Assembly: GCF_964204645.1 (NCBI RefSeq)
Contig: NC_134026.1
Coordinates: forward strand, 7,525,950 to 7,589,949
Reading direction: 5' to 3'
Source of the DNA: Tubulanus polymorphus
Taxonomy: Eukaryota > Animalia > Nemertea
Length of the DNA: 64,000 bases
Under the pieces are notes generated by a model that was not told the DNA's origin, made no database searches, and saw nothing but the letters and a program-made list of their open reading frames with translations. Positions within the stretch are counted from its first letter, which is position 1. The number at the start of each line of letters is the position of its first letter. Below, piece by piece: positions 59,560 to 64,000 of the stretch. Both the position numbers and the translations under genes were made by a program.

Positions 59560-60005
59560 ATTCCACATCATCGCATCTCCCTGATTCCACTCCGGATCAT
59601 CTTAAACTTTCCGGCCGTGTATTTCAAGAGAAATTCCGTTCATAGATACAGAGACTCTAAAATCTGTCACACCAGTCCAATTTCGCAGAAAGTGAAATGA
59701 TATAAATTAAACGTAATCTTCTTCACAGACTGTACTATAAATACGATATGAATATTGACCAATCAGATGCCAGGAAGCAGTTGTTTGAGAGAATTGACTT
59801 ATATAATTATGTTTCAACAATAGATTTTATTCAGCTCATTCAAGATAACGTTTAGCCTACGATTGCGATTTACAACAGTCGTGAATAATTCAAGTGATCA
59901 AAAATCTATTTTTCAAAAGAATGTGAGACGAGTGCAGATATGTTTTCATTTGCGGAGATATGAATATCTGCTGACTGTTTATTAATGTTGATGATGCAGT
60001 TCATG
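59560..60005 (-). promoter_or_regulatory. Orphan family-2 GPCR upstream region with no attached CDS
   Basis: Colinear with flanks at 46925-47330, 50945-51370 and 54780-55225, including 'attgaccaatcagatg' at 59754. Confidence 0.65.
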
Positions 60006-60651
60006 GGCCAGTCTCTATGTACATACATGTATATACCGTACGAACACCTTCAACTCCTGAAAATGGTTTTTTTCAATCCAAAGTTGATTATAAAAGAATT
60101 TAGTCCTTCAAGTTTTTTCTTCCAAAAATGTACACGTTACCAGGTACGGTTGCTTAAGGACAACTGGAACTAAGAGATGGTAGGTTCACTCACACTGCTA
60201 AAACGTGGGATTAACAGTTCTTAACACAACACCGATTGCCATACAAAACTGTGGAATCAATCGAGAAACTACCGCTAGTTGAAGTAGGTAGTAGTAGTAA
60301 GTAGTAGTAGTAGTAGTTTAGTTACGCGTAGTAGTTAGTTATTAGTAGTTTAGTTACGCGGTAACCCGTTCTCGCTATTCCGAACATTTTAGACCTTGAC
60401 CTCTGCCAGCATAAACACTGCAATAACTTACTCTTGCCGGAAGTCGAATTGGTACTTAACATCCTCTTATTCTTCGATGCCGTGGACTTTCTATTTTTTG
60501 TTAAGGGGAGTATAGTGAAGTGAATGGGGCAGCTCCAATTAATCCCGATTGCAAATAAAATTCGATCATAAATGTTGATATTTGAACGCGTGCATTCGTT
60601 AACATTGCGCGCGATAATAAAACAACGCTGAGCGGGGCATAAACTAGCGCC

Positions 60652-60723
60652 GGTTCTATGGTGTAGTGGTTAGCACATTGGACTTTGAATCCAGTAGCCC
60701 GAGTTCGAATCTCGGTAGAACCT
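60652..60723 (+). tRNA. trnQ-TTG: tRNA-Gln (anticodon UUG)
   Basis: Identical to the 784-855 gene; T9 terminator at 60727-60735. Confidence 0.97.
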
Positions 60724-61104
60724 TGATTTTTTTTTCGACCAACTAAAAGCTCATTGAAACATCATATTATCATATATTATATTCATATTTATTTCATATA
60801 ATTATTTTACATACATTTATTTTATAATCCATTTTTCCACTTTTAATACATCAGTTTCAACACATCGCCGATTAAGCACCTTTTCTTCAACATCATGAAT
60901 TAATTGATTGATGATAATTAGTTATTTTACTATGAGGAATTCTTATGATAATTCAACGCATATTTCTTCAAGATAAACATATAATTTAAGCACAGGAGGT
61001 TCACAATTTATTTACACGTGACCTTTTCGAGCCCTAACTGGGACAAGACGCACATATTCCAAAGTGTTATTTTCAAAAAGGCTAACAGTCGACACTCTTT
61101 AAAT

Positions 61105-61994
61105 TTACGTATTTTGTTTGTCAATGTTTGCGGTGTAAAGATACGGGTTTAGTCCATAAATACTGGATTTCATAGAATTACAGGCTCCAGCCAGCGCCCC
61201 AGCATAGTTGTAACCCGCGGTACCCATTGGTAAACTAGGCAGAAAGTTCGCCGGACCATACGGCATGAACGCCAGCCCTCGCGCCGTGTTCGTAGTTGCG
61301 TACGCATACGGAAGTGTACTCATAGTGGCGCCACCTGCACCGATAGGCGAAAAAGCGGATTTGATTTGATTCGTACTGACTGTACTAGGTGGCGCTGCCG
61401 TAGTGGTCGCATAGGGTTTATGACTTATCAGACCCCGACCAGTGGTGCCATCTTTTGCAGCAGTTTGTGATTTGTCGACGTGGTTATTAAGAATCTGTTC
61501 GATAGCCTGAACGACGTCGTTATTACAACCCTGTAATATCAGCTGTAATACACTGTGTTTCATGTGGGGGAAAACCCGAGCTAACATCTCGACGGGAGGT
61601 CGTCTGATTAACCCACTCCTGTGCGCGGCGCTGTGTTCGTTCATCAATCCGTCTCTCCTCAATAAACTGTTCGTGTTCGGAATCGTATCATCTTCATTTT
61701 CACTCTTTTCCTCGTCGTCAACTTTTACATTTTCATCTTCAGCCGTTTCGTCTCCGGATTTCGCCGATAGGGGTCGTTCGATCCTATCCGATTGGTTGTT
61801 GTTATGTCCGATGATGTCGCCACTGGTCTTATCATCCGGGGTATTTTCCTCTGATGAGTTATCGAGCTGCTGCTGCTGCTGATGATGATGCTGAAAGCTG
61901 TCCGTTGATTTATGAGAATGACACGGTGATGGACTCTCTCGACTGTTAAATGAATCTGATCTTGCTCGTTTTGCAGGCGGTGGCCCAACTCCAG
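61105..61994 (-). CDS. dmrta2: Last coding exon of a DMRTA-type (Dmrt4/5, dmrt99B-like) transcription factor; the DM-domain exon is not in the window
   Basis: DMA domain RRPPVEMLARVFPHMKHSVLQLILQGCNNDVVQAIEQIL and downstream KSAFSPI motif; acceptor 'ttttgttttgtatattaacag|' ending at 61995. The symbol indicates the subfamily, not proven one-to-one orthology. Confidence 0.85.
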
Positions 61995-62931
61995 CTGTTA
62001 ATATACAAAACAAAAGATAACATTAGAAATAGTCAGATATTTTGTTCAAACGATGAACTGCTCCTGACATCATTGGTTTCACAGAATTCAAATATCAGGT
62101 CACAGTTGGACCATTTCGAATTTCCACAATACCTCTTGCGCTAGATAGGGGGCGCTGTTTTATTGATATTGTTCCAATTTATCTGCTTGATGATTGGGAA
62201 AGTGCTACACCAACTATTCCACCAGATGGCTTGACGAACACTCAGTCTGACGTTGTCCAAATAATTTAATTTTTGATGAACTTTGAACTGGATTTTTAGA
62301 CTCCGGAATCCGTATTATATCATCACAGTTCATACAACAATAAATCTATTTTTCTACTCGGATGTCGGTATATAATAGTTTTCATTGATAATTCATTTAG
62401 CTTAAGAAAATGTCCATTCTGTTTTAATTAAGGTGTAGAAGAACTTGAATGCGGACTACCAACTATCTACTAGCGAACCTGGCGGATCCTCGCATGCCAG
62501 ATGTGTAATCCTCGCTTGCCAGACGTGGAATCCTCGATTGCCACAGTGGCGGTGCGGGTATTCCATTAGTGCCACCCAAACTCTCTGGTACCCCTTTTTT
62601 CTTCAGCTCTAATGTTTCTACGTGTATAGCTGTTTTACTACCCCGTTAGTTTGTATCCCATTTTATTACGTAATTAAAGTCAAATTGAGATTTAAAAATA
62701 CCATTCGTTTTACTGCGCATATGGAAGATAAAGGCATATAGATATCGGGATGTCACATTTAATAATGCTCTAGACACTCGTGACCAGACGTCTCTACAGC
62801 GTGCTGTTTAACCGCATATGTTAAACTAATTAATAATTATTGAAATGTGACAAAGGAACAACAGTTGTCGTCAGTTCAACATGTTTGTGACAATTGTCTT
62901 TATTACGACTGATTACAGTCGAATAACAACC

Positions 62932-63003
62932 GGTTCTATGGTGTAGTGGTTAGCACATTGGACTTTGAATCCAGTAGCCCGAGTTCGAATCTCGGTAGAA
63001 CCT
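62932..63003 (+). tRNA. trnQ-TTG: tRNA-Gln (anticodon UUG), antisense within the presumed Dmrt intron
   Basis: Identical to the other two copies; T5 terminator at 63007-63011. Confidence 0.97.
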
Positions 63004-63239
63004 TGATTTTTGTTTTCCTGTGGCAATTAAATTGGTTGTTGTTAGTGAAGATCCACCAAGCGCCCTAGTACGTCAAATGCGCTACAAATTTTTGCCAGAT
63101 TTAAATAAAAATCTAAATGTAAACTTTGTTTTTGACCATGTTTTTGACCTTCTTAACATTTCCATAAAGCTAGTCAATATTGGAGTTGAATCAAACTTCT
63201 ATGGTGTTCTGACAATCGTATGGCCGCGCAGAACCCCTG

Positions 63240-63349
63240 AGCCCCATTTTATAGACTGGTATTAACTTTACCCCAGGGGCTAAGTCAATTGAAATTGAAT
63301 TGAGTTAGCCCCCAGGTTAAAGTTAATTAGCAGTCTGTAAAACTGGCCC
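63240..63349. mobile_element. Palindromic MITE with CTG TSD (PIF/Harbinger-type)
   Basis: 'ttttatagactggtattaacttta...taaagttaattagcagtctgtaaaactggccc'; CTG at 63237-63239 and 63350-63352. Confidence 0.65.
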
Positions 63350-64000
63350 CTGTTGTTTTATCAACGTGTAACTCCTAAAAACATTCTTATTTTTCAAACC
63401 CAGTTTGCATTATCTTTAACTCTGCCTCTCTCTGCCCTCTCTCCCGGTGCGTTACAAACATCTTCAAAGAAAACGTTTTTATTTCAAGTTCCAGATTTTA
63501 AGGAATGATATTTGAGCCGTTAATAAGTTTGATATTTAAATGTTTCTGAAGAAAGTGGAGCCCATGCCACGTCGGGATCATCACCGGTTCTGTGGTTACA
63601 TAAAACAGAAACTTGAAAACGCCACCTCGATAGCGACAGGGAGTTGCTTAAAAATGATACCCCATACTGAGAGCTCTCTAATGATACCAAACAAATATAA
63701 GGCCTTAAATGGAATTATTAGAAATCTGATAGCTTTCAAAACGTAATTGATAGATCCTCCACTGAAAACAGGGACCTAGCTTTTTTTTACAATCGTGAGT
63801 TTTTGTTTCGTTTTTGACGCTATAGGGTTTTAACATTGCAATAAGCTGATTAAACTTAATTGGTTTCCATACGCCGTCATTAACGAAAATTGAAGAAAAC
63901 AAGTTTTGAAATTAGTTCATAGAATTGGGCAAAATTGGCATTGAAACGATAAAAAGTTTTGATAAACAAAATCACACTTTTGCAAAAAATCATTTTACCT

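Noticed and set aside
62014-64000. DM zinc-finger exon of the Dmrt gene
   Set aside because: No CARCRNHG-type motif is seen in the minus-strand ORFs; the exon presumably lies beyond the window.

Overview
Eukaryotic, intron-containing, AT-rich animal DNA. Gene content suggests a non-vertebrate bilaterian, but the taxon cannot be fixed from sequence alone. The window holds (i) two families of intronless class-A GPCRs, all on the minus strand, in an active birth-and-death array: family 1 has one intact gene plus several pseudogenes and fragments at 2-9.5 kb and 39-52 kb, and family 2 has three intact genes plus one premature-stop copy at 43-55 kb; (ii) a complete 20-exon, ~976-aa ankyrin-repeat TRP channel gene (+, 25399-34346) that splits the family-1 array; (iii) the last coding exon (DMA domain) of a DMRTA/Dmrt4/5-type gene (-, 61105-61994); (iv) three identical tRNA-Gln(UUG) genes; and (v) many non-autonomous DNA transposons, several with readable TSDs, and minisatellites. 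The most notable non-obvious signals are minimal type-I hammerhead ribozyme motifs (one inside a Penelope-like pLTR insertion whose empty site is visible in a paralogous segment, one in a TRP intron, plus decayed copies), a palindromic element with outward-facing Pol III B-boxes, a minisatellite made of co-oriented CTCF-like motifs carried in the GPCR duplication units, and non-coding blocks shared between the Dmrt-proximal region and the receptor array. All calls are by eye; no databases were searched.
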